Shown: piece after piece, positions 63,205 to 64,000 of the stretch
Position numbering within the stretch: position 1 is the first letter of the stretch
Layout of the letters: each line of letters starts with the position of its first letter
NCBI RefSeq assembly: GCF_963506605.1
Contig: NC_083277.1
Span: 114,452,001 to 114,516,000, forward strand
From: Zootoca vivipara
Taxonomy: Eukaryota
Length of the DNA stretch: 64,000 bases
Direction: 5' to 3'
The notes under the pieces: model-generated
Databases searched by the model: none
What the model saw: the letters and a program-made list of their open reading frames with translations, nothing else
What the model was told of the DNA's origin: nothing
Program-made: the position numbers and the translations under genes

Positions 63205-63213
63205 ATGGCTCAG
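63205..63213 (+). CDS. ZNF740: ZNF740 first coding segment (Met-Ala-Gln) at the end of exon 62846-63213; rest of gene outside window
   Basis: gcgATGGCTCAG|GTAAC. Human ZNF740 starts MAQ and is head-to-head with CSAD. Candidate acceptor CACAG ending at 62845; in-frame upstream stop at 63157. Only 3 codons are visible, so the call rests mainly on synteny. Confidence 0.65.
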
Positions 63214-64000
63214 GTAACAGGCCGGTTTTCCCATCCTGTCCCAACAGGAATTCATCATTACAGCAGGTGGCTGCAAAGTGCCCTCGGTGATAATCCGTTC
63301 TCCGAAACCTAAAAGCAGCTGAGCTCTCAGTGGTCTGCTCCAGTGACTAGCATGCATTCCCAAGCCTTCAGTGCTGGACCCTCCCTAGTCAAGGTGCTTA
63401 GTGGCCAGGCCATCCTGGTCCTTTCCTCTCAGCTGTGCTTGGGGTGTGGATCAGGAGAGAAGTGGCTTCCTCTTTTGTCCAGCTTCAGTGAGGGCTTTGA
63501 GCCTTGTATAATATTTGAAGGGGGTGGGGAGAGAGGATGTGGAGGCAATTCTGCAAAGGCTGCTTAGGAGTTCTTTTTGCCCTCACCTTGCTCTATCCAG
63601 TATTCCAAGCGTGGCAGGGCACTGGCATGGCACGGGGAGGCGTGGGAACTGGTTGTCGTGCCACGTTACAGTACAGAGGCTGCTGTAGGCCACCTGCAGT
63701 GGATCCTCAGTTGCAAGAGCAACAGGAGGTTTCATGCATAGTCACCTGAACTGTGATGTTCAGAAGCAGTATCGGTGCTCACTGAAACTGCTTGGCCTCT
63801 GTCTTAGTTCATATGAAGGAAATTGCTACACATACACATGCACACACACACACCAGCAAGCTGTTGAGCATTGTTTTTAAAAGGATCAGGTAAAGGGGAA
63901 CATACAAGGAGCCTTGAAAGCATGCAGATACACATGTATGCTTTCTTTACTATTTTTCAATCCCTCCCCATCCCTTGGGAGTTTGATTTCCAACAACCAC

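Overview
Vertebrate genomic DNA, almost certainly from a squamate (lacertid-type lizard, judged from Sauria/Squam3 SINEs, Bov-B/RTE, CR1, L2, Penelope and MITE content). The window is the SOAT2 - CSAD - ZNF740 syntenic block. It contains a complete 15-exon SOAT2/ACAT2 gene on + (7764-25940, 532 aa) and a complete 14-coding-exon CSAD gene on - (54227-35974, 493 aa). A CpG-island bidirectional promoter (~57.8-58.8 kb) is shared by CSAD and ZNF740, and the first coding exon of ZNF740 (MAQ) lies near the right end. The most interesting element is a compact, intact, CpG-island-driven gene between SOAT2 and CSAD (27506-30137, +), where human has no protein-coding gene. It encodes an N-terminal ASC-like PYRIN domain and a C-terminal Death Domain (~201 aa). 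This bipartite PYD-DD adaptor architecture is not among the canonical mammalian adaptors (ASC PYD-CARD, FADD DED-DD, RAIDD CARD-DD). Competing 5' splice sites could switch it to PYD-only products. All exon boundaries and phases were worked out by hand; homology calls rest on recalled protein motifs, not on database searches.
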